DNA of 64,000 nucleotides from Promethearchaeota archaeon (GCA_019058245.1 JAHPZJ010000027.1:1-64000), one strand, 5' to 3'. Counted from the stretch's first letter, positions 48,799 to 59,441 are shown. Numbers and translations: made by a program. Notes: a model not told the origin generated them from the sequence alone.

Positions 48799-50069
48799 TA
48801 TTTTTCAACTCCCATTCTTTTTTTTCCTTTATACTTTCGTAAACAGTATTTACATATTCCATAGAATGATAAAATCAAAAAGAACGTAGCTGCAATATTA
48901 TATGGAAATAATGGATATATAAGGTACCAAACACCTACAAAAGCAAGATCAAAAAAACTAAAGAAAAATAGACTTAATTTTATTGAACCAGTTATTTCAG
49001 AGTAACGAGGCATGTTAAAAATAATTAATATTAAGATAGGTGTTAAATTAAGTAAATGGTGATCCCATGAATCAAAATAAGTTAGCAACATAATTATAAT
49101 TCCAAAAGCATAACCATATATAATAGAATCCTTTTCTAATCGATTTATTATAAAAACGATGAATCCTAATCCTCCAACTATGCTAATTACAACTAAAAAT
49201 ATAAAAATTTGATTAAATGGAATATTGTAAAAATAACAGAAGTTAATAATTATTTTAGTTATACTGAAAGAAAAGTTTAGAGCAATTGGATTATTACCTG
49301 TAAAATTAGTATTTAGGAATCCTTCCCATATACCAGGGACTAGCAAAAATATAATGAAATTAAATAAAACAGGTATAATAACTCCTATTATTCGAATTGC
49401 ACTTTTAAAAAAGTCGAATTTTAACCTTTTATTCTCTAAATCAATATTAAATATGATTAAAAATGGTATCAAGAAAAAAGCAGTTGGTTTAATAATAATA
49501 CTTATTCCTAGAATAATGCTTCCAATCAATTGCCATTTAAAATCTTTATATTTGAGAAAAATATAGAGAGATAATAGGATAAGAAGGGTGATATACAAGT
49601 TTATTTGACCATATATATAATTTAATACATGTGGTAGGCCCATCAAGTAAATAGAGATATATAAAATGACTCTTTTATCGTCCTTTTCATGATCTTCATT
49701 TCTGATTAACAAAATTATTTTGAAAAGAAAAATACAAATCAGAAAGTTAAGGAATAAATTACAAATATTAAAAAATATAAATCCAACTTGAAAATTCAAA
49801 AGAGAAAATGGAATAAAAAATAATGCAGATAATGGTAGATATCTAAAATCCCATAAATAATATGTTTGATTGTAAAGATTCTCAATATCATTGAGAAATA
49901 TCTTACCTACATTATAAAATATTATAAAATCATTTTTTTCTTGATTAAAGGCAAAAAAAAGTATGATTGAAAGAATAAAATAAAAACTATGAAGTATTAA
50001 GGCATATCTAAATACTTTGTGTTCCCAAAGTTCTTTAATTCTATGGATGCTTCTGAAAATTAAATTCAT
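48795..50069 (-). CDS. GT87-family (GT-C fold) glycosyltransferase, paralog
   Basis: DFIIFY, FRYLP, GQIN, KP, SWDHH; similar to 46734-48029 along its length. Confidence 0.8.
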   Translation of the reverse strand: MNLIFRSIHRIKELWEHKVFRYALILHSFYFILSIILFFAFNQEKNDFIIFYNVGKIFLNDIENLYNQTYYLWDFRYLPLSALFFIPFSLLNFQVGFIFFNICNLFLNFLICIFLFKIILLIRNEDHEKDDKRVILYISIYLMGLPHVLNYIYGQINLYITLLILLSLYIFLKYKDFKWQLIGSIILGISIIIKPTAFFLIPFLIIFNIDLENKRLKFDFFKSAIRIIGVIIPVLFNFIIFLLVPGIWEGFLNTNFTGNNPIALNFSFSITKIIINFCYFYNIPFNQIFIFLVVISIVGGLGFIVFIINRLEKDSIIYGYAFGIIIMLLTYFDSWDHHLLNLTPILILIIFNMPRYSEITGSIKLSLFFFSFFDLAFVGVWYLIYPLFPYNIAATFFLILSFYGICKYCLRKYKGKKRMGVEKY

Positions 50070-50217
50070 TGAGCTATTTTCAAATATTTATTTTTATTTT
50101 AAATTGTTAAATTAAATTACTTTAATTATAAATTAAAATATTTAATATTTTATATTAAAAAGCTCTTTCAATATATCTTGGTTATAAAAATAGTTTTCAT
50201 AATAAAGGAAAGTATCC

Positions 50218-51312
50218 TCATTTTTTTCTATTTATCGAGAATTCTTTCTGAAAAAAACCTGATTCAATAATTTTCTTTTTCTTTTCACTGAAATCTGAAA
50301 GGATTTCAAATGGATAATAAATATTTTTTTCTTCTTGATATTTTAATATCCTTTTTCTAGTTAAATATATCGAGTATTTGGAAATATCACACCCTATCCA
50401 TCTCCTCTTTAATTTTTCAGCTATTAATAATGTCGTACCAGAACCACAAAAAAAATCAGCAACTAAGTCTCCTTCATTGGAGCCTATTTTAATGATTCTT
50501 TCAAGTAATTTATGATGTTTTTGAGTAGGAAAACCAGTATATTCTTTTGAAGCAGGTTGTAAACAAGGAATTTTCCACACGTCATCCATCTTTTTGTCTG
50601 TAACAATTCTGTAGATTACATGTCCATTCTCATCTTTCGCATTTTTTAAAACACCATTTACCATCTTTCTTTTTAATTGTTTTTGAGGTTTTTTTCGAGC
50701 TATTCTAATTTGATTAAAAGTATAGTTATTAGATTTTGAATATACTAAAATTGTATCATAAGCTCTTGGTAGGTTTTTTTTTCCAGCAGAATATTTGTTA
50801 TAATAATACCAAATAATATTATTGATAAATCTATTCTTACCAAAAATATCATCTAATATTAATCGAATATAGTGATTCGCATGCCAGTCTGAATGGATAA
50901 AAATTAAACCCGTTTTTGATAAAATTTTCTTGAATAAAATTATTCTATCATACAGCATTTGTAAATAAGAATCTAAATCTCTATCCCAATGGTCATAATA
51001 TGCAATAGAATCATAATGATTATCTTTTTCTTTTATTTTAATGTGGTAATTAGTACCAGAGAAGAAAGGGGGATCAATGTAAATTAAATCTATTTTTTCT
51101 TTGAAATTGTTTAATAAATAATATAAAACCTTTAAGTTGTCTCCCCAAAAAATCTTATTTATCCAGATTTTAGAGCGGTTAAAATTCTCTCTATTTTCAT
51201 TAAAATTAGCTCTATGATATTCAAAATATTTAAAAAAATCAGGATGAAATTCTTTTTGCTCTCCTAATTTAAAATTATTAACTTTTTTATTTTCCCAAAT
51301 TAATTTTACCAT
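50218..51312 (-). CDS. N6-adenine DNA methyltransferase (beta class, Mod-like), orphan
   Basis: IYIDPPF precedes FPTQK and DFFCGSGTT. Confidence 0.9.
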   Translation of the reverse strand: MVKLIWENKKVNNFKLGEQKEFHPDFFKYFEYHRANFNENRENFNRSKIWINKIFWGDNLKVLYYLLNNFKEKIDLIYIDPPFFSGTNYHIKIKEKDNHYDSIAYYDHWDRDLDSYLQMLYDRIILFKKILSKTGLIFIHSDWHANHYIRLILDDIFGKNRFINNIIWYYYNKYSAGKKNLPRAYDTILVYSKSNNYTFNQIRIARKKPQKQLKRKMVNGVLKNAKDENGHVIYRIVTDKKMDDVWKIPCLQPASKEYTGFPTQKHHKLLERIIKIGSNEGDLVADFFCGSGTTLLIAEKLKRRWIGCDISKYSIYLTRKRILKYQEEKNIYYPFEILSDFSEKKKKIIESGFFQKEFSINRKK

Positions 51313-51346
51313 TCTTATAATAAAAAGAAGTTATCTTATTAATCTC

Positions 51347-52075
51347 CTATTTGTTTTGTTCTAAGAGATTATCAAATTCTCTATCTGAAAGAAATCCTTT
51401 ATGGATCATAATCTCTTTTACTTTTTCAATAAGTTGAGGTGCTACTTTAGCTTCTGCGATTGTTTCCTCAAGTGAAGCAATATTTTGCTTTAGATCTTTA
51501 ATTTCTTTTTCTTTAGTTTCTCGTTCCTCTTTTAGACTTTCAGTTTCTACATATTTATCTGAAACTGATTTTTGTAATTCCTTTTTAATACTCTCAATCT
51601 CATTTTCTCGTTGTATCAGATCTGCTTTAATATCTTCATTTTCTTTTTCTAATTTAGATTTAGTTTTATTTTCCTCCTTTTCTAAAACTTCAATCTTTAT
51701 ATTAGCCTCTTTTAATTTATTTTCCAATTCTTCAACTTTAGAATTAGTTTCAGTTACTTTCTTTTCTAAATCCACTTTTGACGATTTCAATTTATTAATT
51801 TCAGCATCACCATAAAGCTTCTCTTCTTTTGCTCTTTCATAATTTTTATTTATCTCCATAAATTTATTATTTAATTCTTCAAGTTTTTTACTTGTTTCAG
51901 TTAAATCTTCTTTAGTCCTCTTAAACTCACTTGAAATTTTTTCTAAATCTTTTGTTTTTTGAGTTAATTGCTTTTCTAAACTATTAATCTTTGCTCTAAG
52001 ATCTAGCAAAATTTTGCCCTCAATAGCAAGCTTCTTTTCTGGTTTTTCTTCTGCTTTTGCCCAATCAATTGAAAT
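51347..52075 (-). CDS. Coiled-coil protein, probable AUU start
   Basis: Frame extends upstream of the track's TTG to ATT-SIDWAKAEEKPEKK, 7 nt after AAGGTGG; C-terminal KGFLSD motif. Confidence 0.7.
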   Translation of the reverse strand: MSIDWAKAEEKPEKKLAIEGKILLDLRAKINSLEKQLTQKTKDLEKISSEFKRTKEDLTETSKKLEELNNKFMEINKNYERAKEEKLYGDAEINKLKSSKVDLEKKVTETNSKVEELENKLKEANIKIEVLEKEENKTKSKLEKENEDIKADLIQRENEIESIKKELQKSVSDKYVETESLKEERETKEKEIKDLKQNIASLEETIAEAKVAPQLIEKVKEIMIHKGFLSDREFDNLLEQNK

Positions 52076-52230
52076 TTCTCTTCCACCTTTACAATTTTTT
52101 GATAATTTTTATTTTTTTGATAATTGTAATTTTGTATTATAATATATTTGTTTACTTAAAATTGATTATATATAAGATATACATCACAATATTTAATATA
52201 AATTTGAGAAAATGAAGTATAAATAATTTT

Positions 52231-52959
52231 TTAATCTTCAATTTCTTCTAATAATGGTTCAAGCTCTTTATCAGATAAAAATCCTTTTATCTCTAATATA
52301 TTTTTAATTTTAGTTATTATTTTTGATGCATTTATGATTTTTGATACTTTAATTTTATAATCTTGCAGTTTTTGAATCTGCTCTTCCATATTTTTTTTTT
52401 CCAAATTTAATTTTGTTTTTAGATTTTCAATATCTTTGTTTTTATTATCTATCTCACTCTTAAATTCTTGAATTTGTTTATCCTTGCTTAGAAGCTCTTT
52501 TGTTTTATTTAATATCTCTTCTTCCTTAATTTGAATTTCTCTATCCTTATTTAGGATTTTTTGTTCGTGATTAGTTGAACTTTCTACCAGGTAATTTAAT
52601 TGATCCTCAAGATTTGAAACTTTTGCTAACGTATCAGTAAATTTCTCATTCAAATTTGACTTTTCCTCTTTCAATTTAGCAAATTTGATATCTAAGAGTA
52701 GCTTTTCTTCCTTGACTTGGTCCAAAGATTTTCTAGCAGAAGATCTTCTTTCCGTTAGTTCTGTCAGACTAATTTCTCGACCACTTAATTTTTCTTTAGT
52801 TATTTTTAATTCATTTTGAGTTTTTTCTAGTTTTTTTTTATTTTTCTCCAATTCTATCTCTAATTCCTTTATGTTCGCTCTGAGTTCTAGTAAAAATTTT
52901 CCTTCAATGGAGAATTTCTTTTCCGGTTTTTCCTCAGCTTTAACCCAGTCGATTGAAAT
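52231..52959 (-). CDS. Coiled-coil protein paralog, probable AUU start
   Basis: Frame extends to ATT-SIDWVKAEEKPEKK, 7 nt after AAGGTGA; C-terminal KGFLSD motif. Confidence 0.7.
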   Translation of the reverse strand: MSIDWVKAEEKPEKKFSIEGKFLLELRANIKELEIELEKNKKKLEKTQNELKITKEKLSGREISLTELTERRSSARKSLDQVKEEKLLLDIKFAKLKEEKSNLNEKFTDTLAKVSNLEDQLNYLVESSTNHEQKILNKDREIQIKEEEILNKTKELLSKDKQIQEFKSEIDNKNKDIENLKTKLNLEKKNMEEQIQKLQDYKIKVSKIINASKIITKIKNILEIKGFLSDKELEPLLEEIED

Positions 52960-53085
52960 TTTTATATCACCTTTTAAACCTAATTTTTGAGAATATTTAA
53001 ACTATCTATAATCTTTTATAAAAAACAATTTTTTTAATTTAAAAAAATTGAATCATTTAAAGAATAGTGTTTAATCTTAAATTTA

Positions 53086-53886
53086 ATGGTTAAAATAACG
53101 TTTGGGACTGCTGGCTTTTTCTATCAAGACTGGATAGGTTCATTTTATCCTAAAAGATTAGACAATTCACAATTTTTAAGATATTTATCAAAATACTTCA
53201 ATATTGTCGAAATTAATTCAACATTTTATAATTTACCATCTGCAGAAATGTTAATTAACTGGTATAATCTTGTGCCAGAAAGATTTCGTTTTATAATCAA
53301 AATATGGCAAAAAATAACTCATAATCTTAATGATCCCGAAATTGATTATAGAATCAATGAATTTTTCAGTAGATTAAGCCTTTTAAAGGGAAAAATTTTT
53401 GGTTTCCTTTTACAATTTCCTCCCTGGTTTAAATATACTCCCACTCACTTTAATCAATTAATATCTTTAATCAAAAATGTTCCACCTCAATATAAATACA
53501 TAATCGAATTAAGACATAATTCTTGGTTTGATAAGGATTATCTACTTGAAATTATTGATGGTCATAATATAATACTTGGAACTACATACATGCCAGAAAT
53601 TTTGCCCTACTATATGCAAAATCAAAAATTCTATTATATTAGGTTGATAGGAGATAGAACTCTTACAAAATTTAATCGAATTCAAAGAAGCCAAAAAGAT
53701 AGTTATAAAGACTTGTTCAAGAATATTCAAAACATATTAAAAGATAAAAATATATATGAAATATTTATCATTGTCAATAACCACTTCCAAGGACATGCTC
53801 CTGAGTCAATTAATTTAATACAACAAAAGCTTGGTTTATCTTATCATAATTTTAATAACCAAAAGAATATATTTGACTTCATCTAA
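53086..53886 (+). CDS. DUF72 (YecE) family protein
   Basis: GTAGF.Y.DW.G.FYP, VEINSTFY, LLQFPP, IELRH.SW, YIRL.G. Confidence 0.9.
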   Translation: MVKITFGTAGFFYQDWIGSFYPKRLDNSQFLRYLSKYFNIVEINSTFYNLPSAEMLINWYNLVPERFRFIIKIWQKITHNLNDPEIDYRINEFFSRLSLLKGKIFGFLLQFPPWFKYTPTHFNQLISLIKNVPPQYKYIIELRHNSWFDKDYLLEIIDGHNIILGTTYMPEILPYYMQNQKFYYIRLIGDRTLTKFNRIQRSQKDSYKDLFKNIQNILKDKNIYEIFIIVNNHFQGHAPESINLIQQKLGLSYHNFNNQKNIFDFI

Positions 53887-53953
53887 TAATATTCTTTTAA
53901 TTCTTAATCTTGAATAAGAAACCTTTAAATATATTTGATTTAACTATTTTTTT

Positions 53954-55216
53954 ATGGAATTTATTGATAATTTAAAGAAATTAGGTAAGGACTGGAGATT
54001 ATTAGTCATAGTAATTTGGATGCTAGTCGGAATTGCTTTAATTCCCATTCGCGATCCTCCTATTGTTTCTTTAATCGGTATAATAATATATTTCCCTTTT
54101 TTAGTTTTTTTGATGTATTTATTTTTACTTTCACTGGTTTCTAAGAAAAACATATTTGAATACCCCACTTGGAAAATAATATTACTTTTAGTATTATCAT
54201 TACCGATTATGTTGCTAATTTCAATAATACTAATAGCATTATTTTTAATTTCAGTTATAACTTATTTCTTTTTTACATCTTGGTTTATTTTATATGGGTG
54301 TTTTTTAACAGGGAAGAGTGTCGACAATCAGTTATCTAAGACTCCCAAAGCAAAACCATTTATAAGAACACTTATTTTTATTGGAGGTTTAGGTGGATCT
54401 CTAGCGTTATTATATTTTTTTCAAATTATACCTACAATAATAGATCTCTCGGTAATAACGGACATCTCTATTGATTTTCCCTGGTATTTAGATGGTGTTT
54501 TTATACTTATTGGAGCAATATTAGTTGGATTCGGGATTACTGTTATCATTTACAAATTTAAAAAGGTTTTTAATGGCTGGTTTGGAATATTTGCACTCCT
54601 AGTTACATTTTATACATTATTTCTCGCACTTAAGATCCATCTTTATGGTGCTGAAACAGAACCTAAAGGATATGAAGATATTTGGGCGTATTTTACATTA
54701 ATAATTCCAGATATGATTATTATCTTTTATTCTTTGAGCATGCTTATGGGATCTCAAGCAGAATTATTAAGCAAGAGACTTAAAAGATTTGGACTTGATA
54801 CCGTGATAATCTGGTTAATATTATCAAAAGTTACTTATGAATTTATACATTATTTTCCATATGATGAATTAAGTATTTTTAAGATTCCTTTAATTCAATG
54901 GTTTGCTGAGAATATAGATAATGATTTTATTAACTATATTAAGAATATTGCAGTTTTGGCCTTTTTTGTATTATTATTGATTATTATAGGAATCTATGAA
55001 ATTCGAAAATATTCTATAGAACAATTAAATCTATCAAAATTACCTGAAGACGAAATTAAAGAAACTTTACCTTTACTACCTACTACTGAAGACCAGACTT
55101 CTCCTTATGAAGAATCTGATCAAATTTCAGAGGAGCGTAAAATAAGTGAGAATAATGAAACATTAAGTAATGCTAGAGAAGACTCTGAAAATGACTATAC
55201 TGATGAAATTGGATAA
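53954..55216 (+). CDS. Polytopic membrane protein with acidic C-terminal tail
   Basis: About 9-10 hydrophobic segments. Confidence 0.6.
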   Translation: MEFIDNLKKLGKDWRLLVIVIWMLVGIALIPIRDPPIVSLIGIIIYFPFLVFLMYLFLLSLVSKKNIFEYPTWKIILLLVLSLPIMLLISIILIALFLISVITYFFFTSWFILYGCFLTGKSVDNQLSKTPKAKPFIRTLIFIGGLGGSLALLYFFQIIPTIIDLSVITDISIDFPWYLDGVFILIGAILVGFGITVIIYKFKKVFNGWFGIFALLVTFYTLFLALKIHLYGAETEPKGYEDIWAYFTLIIPDMIIIFYSLSMLMGSQAELLSKRLKRFGLDTVIIWLILSKVTYEFIHYFPYDELSIFKIPLIQWFAENIDNDFINYIKNIAVLAFFVLLLIIIGIYEIRKYSIEQLNLSKLPEDEIKETLPLLPTTEDQTSPYEESDQISEERKISENNETLSNAREDSENDYTDEIG

Positions 55217-55373
55217 ATTTTTTTAAACTATAAGTTATTTTTTATTTCTAAAAGTTCTTTTTTCCTTTATATCGCTAATTCAGAATAAATCAAAAATCTC
55301 TCATAGATTAATAGTTTAATAAATAGTTTTATTAAAGACTAATTCAAAAATTATCATACGTAATCTATAATCC

Positions 55374-55901
55374 GTGTTTGATATGAGTGATTTTGAAACT
55401 AATTCTGAGGAAATCTTTCTTAAGAAATTTGAAAAGTTAGCTTTAAATATTGAAAAATTGACAGATGAAATTTCAAATATGAAGAGAAAATTAGATAAGA
55501 ATTATAAAATTAATAGAACTTTCGGTTTAAAATCTGTCAGAAATTCTGAACCCTTAAATTTTGCAAGAGATGTCATGGGAATTGGAAGTCCTACTAAAAG
55601 ATATCTTCTCTCATTGAGAGCAATAACTGAAGAATGGAAAGGGAGAAAGAATGACATTCTGATTACAATTAGACAGCAAGAGAAAGAAACTCATATGGAT
55701 TTGAAAGCTCTTGGGATTAGAATTTCAATAAGTGATGTTAAAAATATTCGTGTCTTATCGAAACAAATTCTCTCATTATTGTATATCTCATGTGAATTAC
55801 AGGGACTCGCCATTAACGAGATTTTAAGAGAAATCCTAACAGAAATAAATGAAGAAGGAACAAAAATGCTTCAAGAAATTAGACAAAAAATGTTATTTTA
55901 A
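55374..55901 (+). CDS. Hypothetical protein
   Basis: 175-aa ORF with N-terminal coiled coil. Confidence 0.55.
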   Translation: MFDMSDFETNSEEIFLKKFEKLALNIEKLTDEISNMKRKLDKNYKINRTFGLKSVRNSEPLNFARDVMGIGSPTKRYLLSLRAITEEWKGRKNDILITIRQQEKETHMDLKALGIRISISDVKNIRVLSKQILSLLYISCELQGLAINEILREILTEINEEGTKMLQEIRQKMLF

Positions 55902-55983
55902 GATTTCCTCAAATCATACAGAGATTAATCCTCTCCTCTCTGAGAAAACTTAGTAATTATATTTACATTTTACTTAAAAAGGT

Positions 55984-56005
55984 TCGTGAAACAAGAATTT
56001 CACGA
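55984..56005. promoter_or_regulatory. Perfect 8-bp inverted repeat upstream of menB (possible operator or hairpin)
   Basis: TCGTGAAA-N6-TTTCACGA. Confidence 0.3.
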
Positions 56006-56124
56006 TCAAAAATTAGCAACTCTATTATTATTGTATCTTTAAAAAGCATAAATATTATATTTTGTTCAAATCAAGGATTATTCATTAGAATTTAAATAAA
56101 ATAAAAAAAAAGAGGGAGTATAAT

Positions 56125-56922
56125 ATGGAATATAAAGAAATTATTTTTCAAAAAAAGAATAGAATTGCCTCTATAACCATTAATCGACCTCAGCGATATA
56201 ATGCTTGCAATCTCCGCACTGTTTATGAGTTAATCGATGCATTCGACCAATGCTGGGATAATGAAATTGGTGTTATTATTTTTACTGGAATAGGAGAAAA
56301 AGCCTTTTGTACTGGTGGAGATCAAACAACACGCGAGAAGGGTGGGTATGAGGGGGAATTACTATTACCACTTGAAGTTGGTTGGCAACGTGTAACAAAT
56401 TTAATCCGTACCTTACCTAAACCTGTTATTGCTCGAGTTAATGGTTATGCGATTGGCGGTGGTCATGTTTGGCATGTAAATTGTGATCTCAGTATTGCAG
56501 CTGAGCATGCACAATTTGGACAAGCAGGACCACGTGTGGGGTCATTTGATCCAGGATATGGAACGGGAGATTTAATGCGTGCAGTAGGGATAAAACGTGC
56601 AAAAGAGATTTGGTATTTATGTCGCCGTTATACAGCACACCAAGCTTTACAAATGGGGCTTGTGAATTCTGTTGTTCCTTATGAAAAATTAGATGAAGAA
56701 ATAGATCAATGGTGTCAAGAATTATTGGAAAAAAGTCCTATAGCTTTAAAAATGTTAAAATATGCCTTTTTAGCTGAAACTGATGGAGTAACAGGTATTA
56801 CTCAACTGGGTGTTGGCGGGCTTTCTCTATATTATGGTACTGATGAAGCTGTAGAAGGAAAGAATGCTTTTATAGAAAAACGAAAAGCCGATTTTAATCA
56901 ATTTAGAAAGAAACAGTCATAA
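56125..56922 (+). CDS. menB: 1,4-dihydroxy-2-naphthoyl-CoA synthase-type crotonase
   Basis: AFCTGGDQ, GYAIGGGHV, GPRVGSFD.GYG, KRAKEIWYLCR.Y; could be the closely related ring-opening hydrolase (BadI-like). Confidence 0.8.
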   Translation: MEYKEIIFQKKNRIASITINRPQRYNACNLRTVYELIDAFDQCWDNEIGVIIFTGIGEKAFCTGGDQTTREKGGYEGELLLPLEVGWQRVTNLIRTLPKPVIARVNGYAIGGGHVWHVNCDLSIAAEHAQFGQAGPRVGSFDPGYGTGDLMRAVGIKRAKEIWYLCRRYTAHQALQMGLVNSVVPYEKLDEEIDQWCQELLEKSPIALKMLKYAFLAETDGVTGITQLGVGGLSLYYGTDEAVEGKNAFIEKRKADFNQFRKKQS

Positions 56923-56929
56923 TTGAGAA

Positions 56930-58678
56930 TTATTTCTCTATTAGGATAAGCTTATTTTCATCCAATATAATTTTATTCTTATTTAAGGGACTAAGGTTAT
57001 AAGTATTTTTCATTGTATTAACAATTAGATTTCCAATAAACCTAAGCTTAAGTGTATTAAATAAATCATTAATCATTTGTAGATCTTGGGGAATTGAGAC
57101 TCCAAAAAAGGGATTTAAAAATAAGTATATACTTGCACAAATTATCATCCCTATGATCAAACTTATCGTACCATCAAATGGAAAGATTAATAGAATGAAG
57201 AATAAAATCAATAAATTAGGAATCAATCTATATAATTGAAAGTTATATTTAATTTCTAATTTTTTTTTGAGTTGAAATAAAATATAAGGTAATAAAAAAA
57301 GTGAAGAAATAATCATAACAATCCCTATTCCTAGTATCTTAAAAAGGAAAATAAAAAACGGAGTAGTTGCAATTATTATTAATAAAGTTATTCCAAAACC
57401 TTTAGCAGCTACGTCGGCATTTCCCGAGCCTATTAGAGCATTTCCAAATAATGTTGCATATCCATAGATAAATTGCCCTGAAATAATAAGAATGAATAAA
57501 GTTTGAGCCATATTGAATTGATCTTTATTAAAAACCCCATTTTCTATAAAAAAGCCTCTATGTAAGTAAAATAATATTTCCCCAGAAAGAGCAATCATTG
57601 CAGTCATAAAACCTAATGCTAAAATACTCGAGATTCGTGTAGAAGCATTTATAGACTCCTCTATGGTCTCATGATTATCTTTTACATTTGCTTCAGCTAT
57701 TTCAATATTTAATGGAGCAGAATAATAAAGAATTACCGATTTTACAGCACCATAAGTTAACAAAACAGTCAATAAACTCAAACCAAATCCTTGTGTTGAA
57801 GGATCGGTAAAAACTGCTAGGTAGATTGCAGCAAAAAAAAATAAAATATCTTCAAAAAATCTAGAGTTTTGAATATTCGTTATCATAGAATACACCGAAT
57901 TTTTCATATAATCCCATATTTGATGTTTTTTAATCAAATTTCTGTATTTTGAGGGTGCTTTCTTTCTCATAGCTTGAGATGTTAGATGCGACTTCAAAAT
58001 CTCAAATATAGAATAAGGTGCTAATCGTATAAAAAAATAAATTAAGAGAATTAAGGTAATTATATTGAAACATGGATAAAATGCAAATAAAGAAGGATTC
58101 AGATTAAATGATATGAAAATATATGCAAATATTAATAAAAATATTCCATTAAATATTGATGTAAAAGCAATTATATCATATCTATTTCTAATTTCAATTC
58201 CAATTTGAAACATTAATGTACCATAAATCAAAAAAGTAGAGAAACCAGAAGCAAAGATACATTCTCTTAATAATATATTTGTTAAAAAAAACCAAAAAAT
58301 AAAAGGAATAATTATCATAATTAATCCTAATCCTAATCCAATTAATAATAATAGCTTGGAGTAAGTAGTAGCTTTCAATCGTCCAAATTCCTCATCAATA
58401 ACAAATGCAGCTTTAATTTCCGCGATAAAATATCTAGAAATCCCAATTCCAATTAAACTAACAATCCCATTAATAGCTGTTGTTAATCCAAAATATTGTA
58501 ACCCATCCCAACCTGTACCTAATATTACAAAAATCCAAATACAAGCTGCATTAATTAATGAAAAGAACATATTAAGAGATCCAGAAGTGACTGCTCGCGA
58601 ACTACCTTCTTTTGCAAAAAAATTATGTTCTCTTATGAATTCAATTTGGAATTTTTCTTTTTCTGGTTTTTTTTCCAT
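56930..58678 (-). CDS. MATE/oligosaccharide flippase-like membrane protein
   Basis: About 14 TM; G...LQYFG and G..GIG patterns of the MOP superfamily. Confidence 0.6.
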   Translation of the reverse strand: MEKKPEKEKFQIEFIREHNFFAKEGSSRAVTSGSLNMFFSLINAACIWIFVILGTGWDGLQYFGLTTAINGIVSLIGIGISRYFIAEIKAAFVIDEEFGRLKATTYSKLLLLIGLGLGLIMIIIPFIFWFFLTNILLRECIFASGFSTFLIYGTLMFQIGIEIRNRYDIIAFTSIFNGIFLLIFAYIFISFNLNPSLFAFYPCFNIITLILLIYFFIRLAPYSIFEILKSHLTSQAMRKKAPSKYRNLIKKHQIWDYMKNSVYSMITNIQNSRFFEDILFFFAAIYLAVFTDPSTQGFGLSLLTVLLTYGAVKSVILYYSAPLNIEIAEANVKDNHETIEESINASTRISSILALGFMTAMIALSGEILFYLHRGFFIENGVFNKDQFNMAQTLFILIISGQFIYGYATLFGNALIGSGNADVAAKGFGITLLIIIATTPFFIFLFKILGIGIVMIISSLFLLPYILFQLKKKLEIKYNFQLYRLIPNLLILFFILLIFPFDGTISLIIGMIICASIYLFLNPFFGVSIPQDLQMINDLFNTLKLRFIGNLIVNTMKNTYNLSPLNKNKIILDENKLILIEK

Positions 58679-58862
58679 ATATGGAGTATACTCTAAACTA
58701 ATTATTGATATTGAATTAAAGGGATGTAAAAAAGTTTTAGAAATTAAAAAACTAAAGAGTAAATCTCATATTAAAAATTTTTATTCATCGAATAATAAAA
58801 CATATTTTTATGAAAGCTTTTTTAATCAGCATAATTAAAATTCAAAAATTTATATCATAAAA

Positions 58863-59036
58863 ATGAATAAAGAAGAAATCATATGTGCGAATTGTGGAGA
58901 AAATACATCCAATGAATTATATGAATGTATCGAATGTTATAATCAAATATGTGAAGAATGTGCTAATATCTGCAAGAAATGTGGAAATTATTTATGTGAT
59001 GGTTGTTATCATGAACATAAGAAGAATTGTAGATAA
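58863..59036 (+). CDS. Small Cys-rich zinc-finger protein (57 aa; below the ORF-track cutoff)
   Basis: MNKEEIICANC...CIEC...CEEC...CKKC...CDGC..EH...C; stop codon abuts the next ATG. Confidence 0.7.
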   Translation: MNKEEIICANCGENTSNELYECIECYNQICEECANICKKCGNYLCDGCYHEHKKNCR

Positions 59037-59441
59037 ATGAAAGGCTCTTATATCTTAGTTATATTTTTTGGAACAGGAAAAGAGATTAGAATTGGTGCTC
59101 TTGGAAAGATTTTTTTTTCTAATGGGTATTATTGTTATATAGGATCTGGTATGGGGAATATTGGATCTTCTACATTATTGAACAGAGTAAAAAGACATAT
59201 TCTAAACCAGAGTGAAAAAAAAATCCATTGGCATATAGATTATATGTTAGCAGATACAGCTTCCATAATAACTAAAATCTACTTAATCCCTTCAATTGAA
59301 CGATTAGAATGCATTATTGCTCAAGAACTATCTAATTATTCTGATGATTTTATAAAAAATTTTGGCTCTTCTGACTGTAACTGTGAAAGTCATTTGTTCT
59401 ATTTTAAGAACTTCACAAAATTAAGTAAATTATTGCGATAA
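59037..59441 (+). CDS. GIY-YIG/DUF123 endonuclease-like protein
   Basis: KGSYIL, YCYIGS, RVKRH, HWHIDY, FGSSDC.C.SHL. Confidence 0.88.
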   Translation: MKGSYILVIFFGTGKEIRIGALGKIFFSNGYYCYIGSGMGNIGSSTLLNRVKRHILNQSEKKIHWHIDYMLADTASIITKIYLIPSIERLECIIAQELSNYSDDFIKNFGSSDCNCESHLFYFKNFTKLSKLLR

